Positions 36,201 to 47,924 of a stretch of 55,464 bases of DNA are shown in pieces (positions within the stretch are counted from its first letter, which is position 1; every line of letters starts with the position of its first letter). The stretch is from Chiloscyllium plagiosum (lineage: Eukaryota). The notes beneath the pieces are model-generated. The model was not told the origin of the DNA, did no database searches, and saw nothing but the letters and a program-made list of their open reading frames with translations. The position numbers and the translations under genes are program-made. The stretch covers positions 65,302,218 to 65,357,681 of the forward strand of contig NC_057717.1 of the NCBI RefSeq assembly GCF_004010195.1, written 5' to 3'.

Positions 36201-36548
36201 AGATGAGGAAGGACAATACTTCGACTGTAACAACACATCCATCCTCGTGCATGCCATACAGAGATATGCACGAGAATTTCTAGAAGCATGGCATTCCAGC
36301 TGGAAGTCTATCAACAAACAAGTTCGCCTGGATCCCATTTAGCATTTCCTGAAAGAATGAACAGGAAATGACATCACCATTGGAAGTGATGACACCACAG
36401 CAAATGCAATCAAAAACCAGGATTCCCAGACACATAAATAGAAAGCGGTCTATCACACCAGTGCTTCATCGTGAGGATCGCTAAAGACGATGCATAGCAG
36501 GTGATGTAACGTGTGCGAACGACCCTTCCAGCTCAGTGAACAAACCTG
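33290..36548. mobile_element. Poseidon-type PLE with an inverted 5' part (33290-34440 -, 34441-36548 +), interrupted by a CR1
   Basis: LRPLVSLPGTPTYRLAKEL...HSIHSTQNFL (-); FEVTALF, GSPMLGILTEEIM...VRFLDATFVI, SIYRKTTHT (+); GIY-YIG-like segment at 35330-35455; no Zn-finger linker seen. Confidence 0.85.
35456..36170 (-). mobile_element. Young 5'-truncated CR1 with (TTCTATG)n tail and a small internal deletion
   Basis: TLVRPHLEYCVQFWSPH, LERVQRRFTRMLPG, RGDLIEVYK; tagaaca x4 at 35455-35488. The roughly 7 codons normally between WSPH and LERVQRR are missing near 35922. Confidence 0.93.
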
Positions 36549-37157
36549 CATTCAGAACAGGGAGATATAGCCATTTGGCTGCAAAAGCAAATCGTCGGTA
36601 GGAGACAGAGTGTGATGATAGGGGATTACTTTGAAGACTGGAGGTCCGTGAACAGTCGTGTTCCATAAATTTCGATAAATTTTTGTAATTTATATAACTG
36701 ATTTACATGTGAACACATGAGGTATGGTAAGTACGTTTGCAGATGACAACAAATTTGGAGGTGTAATGGGCAGAGAAGACTGTCACCTCAATGTACAAGA
36801 GGATATTAAGCAGATGGGCTAATGGAGTGAGGACTCGGACATGGAGATTAACTTGGTTGATTGCGGTCTGGTGCATTTGGGAAAAAAATCAGACCAGAGT
36901 TTGTACAATTTATTCTAAGTTCTTTGGCGATTGATGCTGATCAAAGAGATCTTGAAGTGCAGGTTCATAGTTTTCTGAATGTGGAGTCGCAGAAAGAAAC
37001 GGTCGTGAAGAAGGTATTTTGTATTGGTCAGACTGTTGAGTGTAGGAGTTGGGAGGTCATGTTGCGGCTGTGCAGACCATTGGTTAGGCTACTTTTAGAA
37101 ACATTGCGTGTAATTCCGTTCTCCTTCCTATCGGACGGATGTTCTGAAACTTGAAAC

Positions 37158-39871
37158 CTGTTTCACATATCCTACGAAGAGGCAGACACAACTCGGGCCC
37201 ATCGGGTGCCCATGGCTACTCCTTTGATTTGGAGGAAGTGGGAGGATTGGAAAGACAAGGTGTTCAGGGTGAGGACCAGTTCAGTTCGCCCCCACGCTAA
37301 TCTCCGTCCCCGCCCCCACGCCCAATCCCGCACCCACTCCCAGCTCCAGCCCCACACCAGGTCCTAGCTCCCAGCCCTGCCGTGTTTTCACCATCCCTCC
37401 AGAACTACGCCTCTATGAGGATGAAAGATCAGTTCTCAGCAGAGGCCTCACCTTCATTCCCCTATGCTCTTGGATTAATGAGTTCAACATGCGGCGTGAC
37501 ATTGAACAATTCTTCCTCCGCCTTCGCCTCCGTGCCTACTTCTTCAAACAAGATTCTCGCCCACCCTCTGACGACCCCTTCTTCCGCCTCCAACAAACCC
37601 CATCCACCTGGACACCCCGTGCTGGCCTCTTACCTGCCCTCGATCTCTTCATAGCCAACTGCCGCCGCGACATTCACCACCTCAACTTCTCCACCCCTCT
37701 CACCCAGTCTAACCTCTCACCCTCAGAACGTGCAGCCCTCCACTCCCTCCGTTCCAACCCCAACCTCACTATCAAACCAGCAGACAAGGGAGGCAAGGTA
37801 GTAGTTTGGCGCACCGACCTTTACACCGCTGAGGCTTAACGCAAGCTCTCGGACACCTCCTGCTACTGCCCCCTTGACCATGACCCCACCTGCCACCACC
37901 AAACCATCATCTCCCAGACCATCCATAAACTCATCACCTCATGGGATCTCCCATCCATCGCCTCCAAGCTCATTGTCCCACATCCCCGCACCGCCCGTTT
38001 CTACCACATGCCCAAAATCCACAAACCTGACTGCCCCGGCCGACCCATTGTCTCAGCCTGCTCCTGCCCCACCGAACTCATCTCTGCACACCTCGACACG
38101 GTCCTGTCCCCCTTAGTCCAAGAACTCCCCACCTACATTCGGGACACTACCCACCCACTCCACCTCCTCCATGATTTTCGCTTCCCCGGTCCCCAACGCC
38201 TTATCTTCACCATGGACATCCAGTCCCTGGATACCTCCATCCCCATCACGAAGGACTCAAAGCTCTCTGCTTCTTCCTTTCCCACTGTACCAACCAGTAC
38301 CCTTCCACTGACACCCTCCTTTGACTGACTGAACTGGTCCTCACCCTGAACAACATCTGTTACCAATCCTCCCACTTCCTCCAAACCAAAGGAGTAGCCA
38401 TGGGCACCCGCATCGGCCCCAGCTATGCCTGCCTCTTCGTAGGATATGTGGAACAGACCATCTTCCGCAACTACACTGGCACCACCCCCGCCCACCTTTT
38501 CCTCCGCTACATCGATGACTGTATCGGCGTGCCTCGTGCTCCTACGAGGAGGTTGAACAGTTCATCCACTCTACCAACACCTTCCACTCCGACCTCAAAT
38601 TCACCTGGACAGTCTCAGACTCCTCCCTCCCCTTCCTCGACCTTTCCATTTCTATCTTGGGCGACCGAATCAACACAGACATTTACTATAAACCGACCGA
38701 CTCCCACAGCTACCTAGACTACACCTCCTCCCACCCTGCCACCTGCAAAAACGCCATCCCATATTACCAATTCCTTCGTCTCCGCCGCATCTGCTCCCAG
38801 GAGGAACAGTTCCAATACCGTACAACCCAGATGGCCTCCTTCTCCAATGACCGCAATTTCCCCCCAGACGTGGTCGACGATGCCCTCCACCGCATCCCCT
38901 CCACTTCCCCCTCCTCCGCCCTTGAGCCGCACCCAACGAACCGCCATCAGGACAGAACCCCACTGGTCCTCACCTACCACCCCACCAAACTCCATATACA
39001 GCGTATCAACCGCCGTCATTTCCGCCACCTCGAAACGGACCCCACCACCACGGATATATTTCCCTCCCCTCCCTATAAGCGTTCCGAAAAGACCACTCCC
39101 TCCGTGACTCCCTCGTCAGATCCACACCCCCCACCAACCCAACCTCCACTCCCGGCACCTTCCCCTGCAACGACAAGAAATGCAAAACCTGCGCCCACAC
39201 CGCCTGCCTTTCATCCCTCCAAGGCCCCAAGGGATACTTCCATATCCGCCACAAATTCACCTGCACCTCCACACACATCATTTATTGCATCCGCTGCACC
39301 CGATGTGCCCTCCTCTATATTAGGGAGACAGGCCGCCTACTTGCGGAACGTTTCAGAGAACACCTCTGGACACCCGGACCAACCAACCCAACCACCACGT
39401 GGCTCAACACTTCAACTCCCCTTCCCACTCCACCAAGAACATGCAGGTCCTTGGACTCCTCCATCGCCAGACTATAGCAACACCATGGTTGGAGGAAGAG
39501 CGCCTCATCTTCCGCCTAGGAACCCTCCAACCACAAAGGATGAACTCAGATTTCTCCAGCTTCCTCATTTCCCCTGCCCCCACCTTGTCTCAGTCAAATC
39601 CCTCGAACTCAGCACCGCCTTCCTAACCTGAAATCTTCTTCCTGACGTCTCCTCCTCCACCCCACTCTGGCCTATCACCCACACCTTGACCTCCTTCCAC
39701 CTATCGCATTTCCAACGCCCCTCCCCCAAGTCCCTCCTCCATACCTTTTATCTTAGCCTGCTGGACACACTTTCCTCATTCCTGAAGAAGGGCTCAGGCC
39801 CGAAATGTCGGTTCTCCTGTTCCTTGGATGCTGCCTGACCCGCTGCGCTTTTCCAGCAACACATTTTCAGC
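37158..39871 (+). mobile_element. Neptune-type Penelope-like retroelement, 5'-truncated with an inverted RT fragment (37158-37285); stops and frameshifts present
   Basis: IKPADKGG, PKIHKPDCPGRPIVS, TMDIQSL, MGTRIGPSYACLF, FLRYIDDCIG, YYKPTD, PCNDKKCKTC, IIYCIRCTRC...YIGETGR; highly similar to 24493-27113. Confidence 0.93.
39778..39811 (+). ncRNA. Minimal hammerhead motif (stem-III C>T variant)
   Basis: CTGAAGA 39782-39788, GGGC(TCAG)GCCC, GAAA 39802-39805, GTC 39807-39809. Confidence 0.6.
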
Positions 39872-41559
39872 AGTGACCTTTCAGAGGTTTTTTAATCATG
39901 ACAGGCATGGGTAGAATAAATTGAAAAGGTTTTTTCCATATTTGGGGGATTCCAGCACTACAGGACACAGGTTTAGTTTGGTAGGGTAATTATATAAAAG
40001 GAAACCATGCGGCAACGTTTTCACGCAGATTGTGGTCAGTGTATCGAATGAAAGAGGTGGTGGAAAAAAATCAAATTACAGCATTTAAAAGGCATCTGGA
40101 TGGATGTCTGAATGGGAAGAGTGTAGCTGTATATAGGCCAAGTGCTGGCAAATCGGAATATATCAGTTTCGGGTATCTGGTCGGCATGGACGAGTGGGAT
40201 TGAAGGGTCTGTTTAAGTGCGGTAATCTCTGTGATTCTACAAAGTCAGTGTTGTCATCAACACAGCTCACCACGCCATCTATTCCACTTTTTAAAAATCA
40301 ACGCACTGCTATGCCATGCAGAGTTTTGCTCTCTGCATATTTTGACGGGTTGTATTGTGCAGTCGCATACCCTGGTCTGCATAGTGCTAAAATCAGAACA
40401 GATATTCTTTCGGTGTTCTGGTATCTAGGCTATTTGTTAAGTGAATTGCGTGTGTGATATAATTATCCATTTCACTGATCATGAAACACACTTAATTTAT
40501 GTTCTCAATCTTGTGATTGGATCTGGCAAACTCTCAACCCAGCTATTCCCCTTCTTGTGCCAAACCCTATTATTGTGAAGCTTGGTTTCGATTAAGTAAT
40601 AGTCCAATTATAACGAAAATATATATCCCTCTGTATCTTAACCTACCTTTTCGTGTTTGTCGATCAGGTTCCATCTTTACAAAGCTCAGAAAGAATGTAA
40701 AAAACGTTCACCTCGCGCTCCTGTTCACTTCACAGTGTGCCCCACGTGGTGCTTCACGTTGGCCAGGTTTCAGCATTATTGACTCACGTCGTTGACACTT
40801 GGCCTGTTCCTGGCCACTGAATGTCTGTGACTGTCCTTCTCAGCTGATCGTGCGCTCAATTACATGGGGAAGCCCCTTGAATATTGTTCAAAAAGCCTGG
40901 TCATCTGACTTGTTTGAGAGAGCCTTCTGTTGACCATTGACTGTAAGTGATCACAGTATTACATGCAGGCTGGCAATTCTGCATTGAGATGAGAACAAAT
41001 GTTGACACTCAGAGACAGATGAACCTGACTAATTTTCGACCACATGAGGATGTGGAAGCCAAAAGACATGATATAAATAAGAATTTCTCGATTCTGAAGG
41101 TATGGGGGGAGAGCACGAGAATGATGTGGAAAAAACAGAATGGGCCAACATTATGTTGAAAGTTGGAGCAAAACTGATAGACGGAAGGGATCACTGCCGT
41201 TAATAATACATATTTTATATTTATAATCATATTATGAAGTGTGCATGTTGAGTGGAAAAAATGCACTGAAGTGATATTCGCCCTATAACTAGAATAGGAC
41301 ATCCCAAAGATATGAAAAAGCCTATTTCTTTCTTGATGTTTCTTTGCAGTCAGTGATAAAGCTCTGGACGTGTTGTTGCAAGCTCTGAGATGTTAGCAAT
41401 GCGGCTTCTGCAGGACTGACTGTGTATCCCGTTCCCTTTTCTAATACCAAGGCTGCTGCCGGGTGTTATCTCTGGGATTATACTTGAAGAACTCAGAGAT
41501 GTTGACACAATTGACAGTCTTATTTGGTCTTTTCAGAGAGCATTGTAGAGTTTATCACA

Positions 41560-41810
41560 TGTCTGTGTGTCTGGCGACACTTCTAGGCCAGGCCAGGAAC
41601 TCACGGGAAGTTTACTTCCTGCACGTATACTGGTGAAGCAAATCTGGGTTTAGAAAAGCCATTCGCTTCAGGGTGACTATTACGGAGAGTAGATTTTATA
41701 TTTCAATAGTTTATCAATTGTTTGTTTAACTTCCACCAACTGCCAGAGCATTAGCCTTTTTTGGGATGAGTAATCCAGCGACATTTCCACAACGGCTCTA
41801 CCTCCACATC
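41560..41810 (-). mobile_element. SacSINE/DeuSINE-like SINE, 5' part, degenerate
   Basis: Minus strand ggaggtagagccgttgtggaaatgtcgctggattactcatccc...ggctaatgctctggcagttggtggaa resembles the recalled head consensus. Confidence 0.5.
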
Positions 41811-42774
41811 GGGACCGATCAGAAATCACACTGAGCAAGTTATTTCTGTGTTTCCTGACAGTTCTGTCAAAAAGAAATCGCACCTATTTGATTATCATGA
41901 TGGTCCTAATGGGGATGGCAGTTGTGCAGAATGTAATTAACCTCTTCTTGTGGACTGGGCACCGTTAAGTCCTCTTCCAAGTTGCTGTGGGTAGACGTCA
42001 GAGTTGGAGTTGGAATGAAATAGCTTCCACAGCGGAACCGTTTGTGATGCAGCACAAGTCTTCATTCCTTTGGCAGGAATGGTGGAAGGGCCTTTATTAT
42101 ATCTACTGTGATCAGCTGTTTCTCCATGTTACGTGCAGCGGATGGAAATGATTGGCATCTTTGAATCTATGGTCATCATGACAACGGTGAGGTCGATCAT
42201 GGACTCAACATTTCTGGCTGAAGTTGACGCAGATACGACATCCTTGTCTTACGTACAGAAATGAACATCTGTTCCTTTACTTGGGATGGGGATATTCGTG
42301 GAACCTGCTCTTCCAGTGAGCTGTTTAATTCTACATCACCATTTGTGACTGAATGTGGCAGGACTGCAAAGCTTGGATATGATGTGCGATTGTTGGGATG
42401 ATTTCCCCCTCTGTACCACATGCTAGTTCTTCTGCTTGGAATGCAAGGTGTCAAGTCGGCAGCTTTGGCTGGCAATCATCAGTTTTGGGTAAAACATGGT
42501 TCTCCCCCTAACTTGTTCACCCACACTCGTCACTGGACCATAATCAGACTGATGGCAATGGTAGACTGAGAGATTACCCCATACATAAGGTTATAGATTA
42601 TGGTTGAATACAATTCTGCTTCTGCAGATCCGAATGTCTGCACGGCCTCATCAATATTAACAATTCTCTATTAAAGCCAGTTGGGAGAACTAGATCGCTG
42701 AAAGCATTTACAAAGGGTATTTGACTTGGAAATGACTGGAGTGTAATGAAAGGCTTTTTTAAGAAATATGAGTT

Positions 42775-44150
42775 GCAAAGTCATAGTGCTATATATAAAC
42801 AGACACTTCAACCCAAATCGTTCATGCTCATCAGTTTTCCGAAGCGTAACTGGACCGATTTAGCTTCATTTGGCACTTAGCCCTCTGACACTTTCCCATT
42901 TATTTACCCGTCTAACTGTCTTTAAAATGTTGTAATTGTACTCGCCTCTACCACTTTGTTTCGTAGCTCGTTACACACCACCCTCTGTGTAATACAGCTA
43001 CCATTTAGATCTCTTTTAAATCTCTTCCCTGTGAATGTAATCCTTTCCCTTCCGCTTTTGGAGATCTCTAACCTGGGGTAAAGACCTTTGCTGTTCTTCC
43101 TATCTATGTCTGACATGATTTTATAAACCTCCAGAAGGTTACCCCTCATCCTTCAGTGCAAACGAGAAGAAGTCCGACGCTGCCCATCCTATCATTGTGC
43201 CTCAAATATTCTAGTCTCTGTCACATCAATTTAAATATTTTGCATCCTTTCCCGTTCATATAGCAGGTCGACAAGAATTGTATTTACCGTTGTGCAGTCA
43301 TAACGTGACTTTCCGACTACTATTCTCAGTTCTTTGACCGATGGACTGTAAAGTGCCTAATAATTTCATACCTTCCCTGTCAATTTGCGAAACCATTCCA
43401 AGGAACCCTGCAACTGCACCTCGGTTCTGTCTGTTTAACAACACTCCCCAGGGCTCGATTGTTTACTGTGTAAATCCTGCCCTGTTTTTTCAAACAAAAA
43501 TGCAGCAAATGGCATTTAACTGTATGATGCACCATGTGCCATTGCTCGGCCTACTGACCCAGTTGATTAAGATATCATTGTCCGCTTAGATAACACTCCT
43601 TACTGTCCAGTATATCGCCAATTTGAGTCGTCTAAACTCTTATTCTGCCTGGTTCCTATATTCTCGTCCAAATTATTGATAAAATAACGAATATCAGTGG
43701 AACAATCACCGATCCTTGTGATACACAGCTGCTCACAGGCCTCTAGTTGAAACAACGAACCAATGTCAGCGACCTCTGTCTCCGACTGTCAAGCGAATTG
43801 TGTATCTAATTGGCTACTGTCGCTGATTACCTTTAAAATGTCTACCATGCAGAGCCATGTTGGACCTTTCTGATGTCCACGTCGACAACGAATGATGCTT
43901 TACCTTCATCTATCTGCTTTGTCACCACTTGGAAAAGTTAAGTCAAGTTTATGAGAGACTTTTCCCTCACACACCAAGTTATGCTGACTGTCTCAAATCA
44001 GTTCTTTCCTTTCCGAATGCATGTAAGTCCTGTCTCTAAGAATTTCCCACCAACAGTTACCCACGCCTGACATCAGCAGCACCCCTTTCACAACATGAGC
44101 TGTCTTCCATTCTTCCAGAACCGCAACCGTGGTTATCAATGATACAAATA
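42775..44150 (-). mobile_element. Old CR1 3' portion
   Basis: MRGNLLEVYKIM...TQRVVCNEL (42922-43149) and upstream RT DNA. Confidence 0.75.
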
Positions 44151-44290
44151 ATAAAAAACGAAAGAACTGCTGACACTGTAAAGCATTAACAAAAACAAAG
44201 GTTGGCGATATATTTCAGCAGGTCTGGAAGCATATGTGCAGAGAAGTGATAGTTAACGTTTTGGATCCAGTGACCCTTCCCCAGAGCTCC
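44150..44290 (-). mobile_element. PLE terminal fragment of another family with a decayed hammerhead
   Basis: Minus strand agctCTGGGGA-A-gggtc(actg)gatcc-AAAA-C-GTT-aact...tgcttccagacctgctg; homologous to 30650-30750. Confidence 0.55.
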
Positions 44291-44335
44291 GAGGAACGAT
44301 GCAACTATTTCACCAATGGTGTCCAAAATGTCTTC

Positions 44336-44466
44336 GAGGAGAAAGTGAGGACTGTAGATGCTGGAGATCAGAGCTGAAAATGTGTTGCTGGAAAAGCACA
44401 GCAGGTCAGGCAGCATCCAAGGAACAGGAGAATCGACGTTTCGGTCATAAGCCCTTCTTCAGGAAT
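44336..44466 (-). mobile_element. Solo PLE terminal repeat plus tail, starting at the hammerhead, with TSD
   Basis: Core tcttcag at 44456-44462; direct repeat tgtccaaaatgtct at 44320-44333 and 44472-44485. Confidence 0.88.
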
Positions 44467-45017
44467 CAAAATGTCCAAAATGTCTCCCTAGCTTCCCACA
44501 ATGACCTGGGGCAAACCTGTAAACCACCAGACATTTATCTCCAGTTAACATATTACAGACCTCCAGAATTCCTGTTCCATCATGTGGCCTAATTTCAAAA
44601 CTTCACGACATGTATTTATTTCCCCGAGTTCCCGAGCTTCCGTGTTTTTATTCACAGTAAGTACTCATGTAGGATTTCACCATGGAGCGGGCACAGGCTG
44701 TACAACAAAGAATCGAGGGACGTCGAGTCATTGTGATCAGTATCAACCCAGCATGACCAGGCACTTATGAATTCGGAGTTGAAACGTATTTCTTTATTAT
44801 TACACTTTTAGCGTAAAACAACAGTGTTTTACATTTAACCACTTTTGGATTTTCTGAAATGAGGGGGGGCGCGGTTAGCGTGGTGTATCTTCGCACCTCA
44901 AGTTGTGTGGTGTGTTGCAACGTGTAACTTTGAGTGAGGACATGTGACAATAAATATGAAAAAGCAAGTTATACTGCAGTGCTTACGCTCATAGATGACT
45001 CTTTGATTTTTATTTTC

Positions 45018-45304
45018 ATAGTTCCGTACAGTGTGGAAACAGGCCTTTCGGCCTAACAAGTCCACACCGACCCTCCTAAGAATAGCCCACCCAGATCCAT
45101 TTCGTTCTGACTCATCCATCTAACATTCTGGGACAATTTAGCATGGCCAATTCACCTGACCTGGACATCTTGGGTCTATGGGAGGAAACTGCAGCATACC
45201 TTCGCAGACACAGAAAGAATGTGCAAACTCTACACAGTCACCCGAGGCTTGAATCGAACCCGGGTTCCCGGTACAGTACTAACCATTGAGGCACCGTGCC
45301 ACCC
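45018..45304 (-). mobile_element. HE1 SINE
   Basis: Reverse-complement match to 29203-29516. Confidence 0.88.
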
Positions 45305-45309
45305 ATTTT

Positions 45310-47385
45310 TAAGGGGAAGAATACAAAACCAAGATTCCTTTTGCCATTAGTATACTGGTAGACTATCTTCCTATACTCATTTAACCATTCTGATGGAGAT
45401 GTTATCTTAGAGAGACTTCGATTCTCCTGCTCCTCAGATGCTCCCTGATTGTTTGTGGTTTTACATCACCATACCCTTCGATTTGGTCTCCATCATCTCC
45501 AGTCCTCACGTCCTCAATCACAAATAATTCGCTTAGTACTAGCCATGTTATTTCCACATATCACCCAATATGATCGTAATAACACGTTCAGGTCATTTCG
45601 ATTTTCCACTGGAAGGTATCTGAATAATTTATCCCAGTTTTGACAACTTCGTCATTGCCCAATTTAATTTCAGGTATGTTCGATTCAGAATCATCTGAAC
45701 TTGGGTTTCCCTTCTGTGTTGTAATCAATACCATAGTCTCCTTTTGCTTTCCTTCCCTGTCCAAACACCTTTTGAACATATTCACATGACACACTTTGTG
45801 AGATTCCTTTCTGTATCGAGTTCACCACACTGAATTATGCTATTGCCTCGATAATTTACGCTGAACCTTAATTGTAAAGGTTCACCTAACACTGGAAATA
45901 CTATGAACACCTTATGCCCGGGAGCAAAACGGCAGTTTTTATTTCATGTATGCTTTCTGTTCCATTGTATGGTGTGATACATTCAAATGCTGTCCAGCCA
46001 CTGTCCCCACTCTATTTAGTTATGATCAATTTTTTATGCATACTCCAAATACGTGGTCTGTTAATTCTGACTTAACAATTTATCCTCAAAGAATTTTTCT
46101 GATCTTCTCACTTCATGCCCAACAAGTAATTAAAATGGACTGTAATTTCGTTGATTCATGTGTTGTTTCTCTGATCACAAAACACACAAACTGAATTCCT
46201 TTTTCCCATCATCTGGATAGATTTACAATCAGACTTCAACATGGTCTTTAATTTCTGATGCTACATTTCTAGTGGTCTCTGCTTTTCTGCGAATTTTCCA
46301 TTCTTCACTGGACATTTTAACCTCACTTTAAATAATTAAACTCTTTTTGTCTCACCTTAAATTCTCGTTACGCAGAACTTTCTTTGGAAGTAAGCCGTCA
46401 GAAGTACTAATGTCTTCATCTTTCAACATCACAGATTGAGAGCAAACTGTAACTCTTAATATTGTAACCTCTTAAACTACTGCTCCTGTCAAATACGAAT
46501 AAACTTTTCCTTAACAGTAAATGGTTTAAGAAGATATGGTACCTGCTCTTGAACCAACTTTTGACCAGCTTGTACATATTGGTGCAGCTTTCTAACCTTC
46601 ACTGCGCTTTTTGATGCGGCTCCATCCAAATTCATTGGCTTGTTCTTTCTTTTAATTCCCAATGTTTTTCCTAACCCACCAACACTGTGATTTCACATGG
46701 CCTATTTTTTTGCAGGGAAAACGTGTGAGATTTTTTAAACTTCTGTTTCCACTTCAAGTGTTTCCTTTTTACCCTGTGGTCGATTATCCTTTTGATCTTC
46801 ACCAAGACTTGTTTTTCCCTTTCCGTTTCTGCAATTTCTATCGCTGAGGGAATGAAATTGTCTTTGAAAGGCGATCTTTGACTTTTGAACCAATTCATAA
46901 ATGTCAGCCATTCCAGCTGCTGATCTTGCCGTTTCATCTCTCCGCACTTCCACGTGAGTCCTCACTGCTTCAGAAAGTGAAGTTTTGATCTCCTTTCTTC
47001 GTGTCACTTTGTGAAGTTCAAACCCCCTCTTTCTTCCTTTCTTCTCTCTCTCTCGTCCCCTACACTTCTCTTTCTCTCTATTCCCTATCTCTATTGATTT
47101 TTCTCATCTCTCTGCTTTTTATCATATTTCCATGTCATTTCCCTCAAACACAAGCTGCGACATGTTCAACTGAATGTAAGCTGTCTCTGAAGGTTCTGCT
47201 GGAGGTTCCAGCAAATTTAAATGCTGACGTATCTTTGTAATTATCTCTCCTTTCCTCACGGGAAGAGGCATCTCCAATTCCAACTTGTCCGCTAACTCCA
47301 GCCGCTTGGTCTTCATTTCCTTCTTTCAGAATCCCAAGTTAACTTCTCCAACCTCCGGTAAATTAATGGTGACTGAAAGGGCAAA
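45310..47385 (-). mobile_element. Decayed Gmr1-like Ty3/Gypsy LTR retrotransposon internal region (gag with SCAN-like C-terminal helices and Zn-knuckle remnant, protease, integrase C-terminus, start of RT)
   Basis: LELADKLEL...RKGEII..IRQHL; KTSLSEAVRTHVE...ETARSAAGMADIY; GHVKSQCW; VTILRVTVCSQS (decayed RDTG.SQS); PVLGEPLQLRFS...CHVNMFKR located upstream of an RT-start-like segment near 45340-45420. Confidence 0.75.
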
Positions 47386-47396
47386 TGTTATATGAA

Positions 47397-47644
47397 CCCC
47401 AGTCTGACCTATCACCCTCACCTTGACCTCTTTCCACCTATCACATTTCCGACGCCCCTCCCCCAAGTCCCTCCTCCCTACCTTTTATCTTAGCCTGCTG
47501 GACAAACATTCCCCATTCCTGAAGAAGGGCTTATGCCCGAAACGTCGATTCTCCTGTTCCCTGGATGCTGCCTGACCTGCTCCGCTTTTCCAGCAACACA
47601 TTTCCAGCTCTGATCTCCAGCATCTGCAAACCTCACTTTCTCCT
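47397..47644 (+). mobile_element. PLE 3' UTR/terminal repeat plus tail, inserted with TSD
   Basis: Matches 39670-39871 plus the tail; direct repeat caaatgttatatgaa at 47382-47396 and 47645-47659. Confidence 0.92.
47515..47550 (+). ncRNA. Minimal type-I hammerhead ribozyme motif with intact core
   Basis: CTGAAGA 47519-47525, extra A, stem II GGGC(TTAT)GCCC, GAAA 47539-47542, palindromic ACGT, GTC 47544-47546. Confidence 0.75.
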
Positions 47645-47924
47645 CAAATGTTATATGAAGCACTGTTAAACGAACCGTATTCACCACCCGGAACAAAATA
47701 CACCAGAAGCAACATTGAACATAGAACATAGAACATCACAGTGCAGTACAGGCGCGCGATGTTGCGCTCACCAGAATCGATCTGAACTTAATCTAATATA
47801 CACTATTTCATGCTCGTCTATTTGTGGATCTATCGAGCTGCGACGCAATTCCTTCTAGTCTAAGAACGCAATCCCAATTCGCAAGTATCAAACAAAACAA
47901 AACCTGCAAATAACCTCTATCTTT

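Larger units (their letters stand above)
36549..40240 (+). mobile_element. Old CR1 (36549-37157 and 39873-40240) split by a Neptune PLE
   Basis: SKFADD-like gtacgtttgcagatgacaac and LVRLLLE before the insertion; gtgacctt..agaggtt (GDL.EV) and the CR1 3' UTR after it. Confidence 0.75.

Noticed and set aside
38657-39631. 324-aa ORF with a Pro-rich C-terminus as a novel protein
   Set aside because: It is the Neptune PLE RT thumb running out of frame after a frameshift; the GIY-YIG domain lies in the other frames.
40731-40770. RSS heptamers (cacagtg here and near 49787; cactgtg at 23702)
   Set aside because: No nonamer at 12 or 22/23 spacing and no adjacent V, D or J segment.
41351-41520. Strong acceptor followed by SDKALDVLLQALRC*QC...GCCRVLSLGL, vaguely like an NLR/RI-type LRR exon
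   Set aside because: Two stops, no LxxLxLxxN pattern and no clear donor; too weak without a BLASTx hit.
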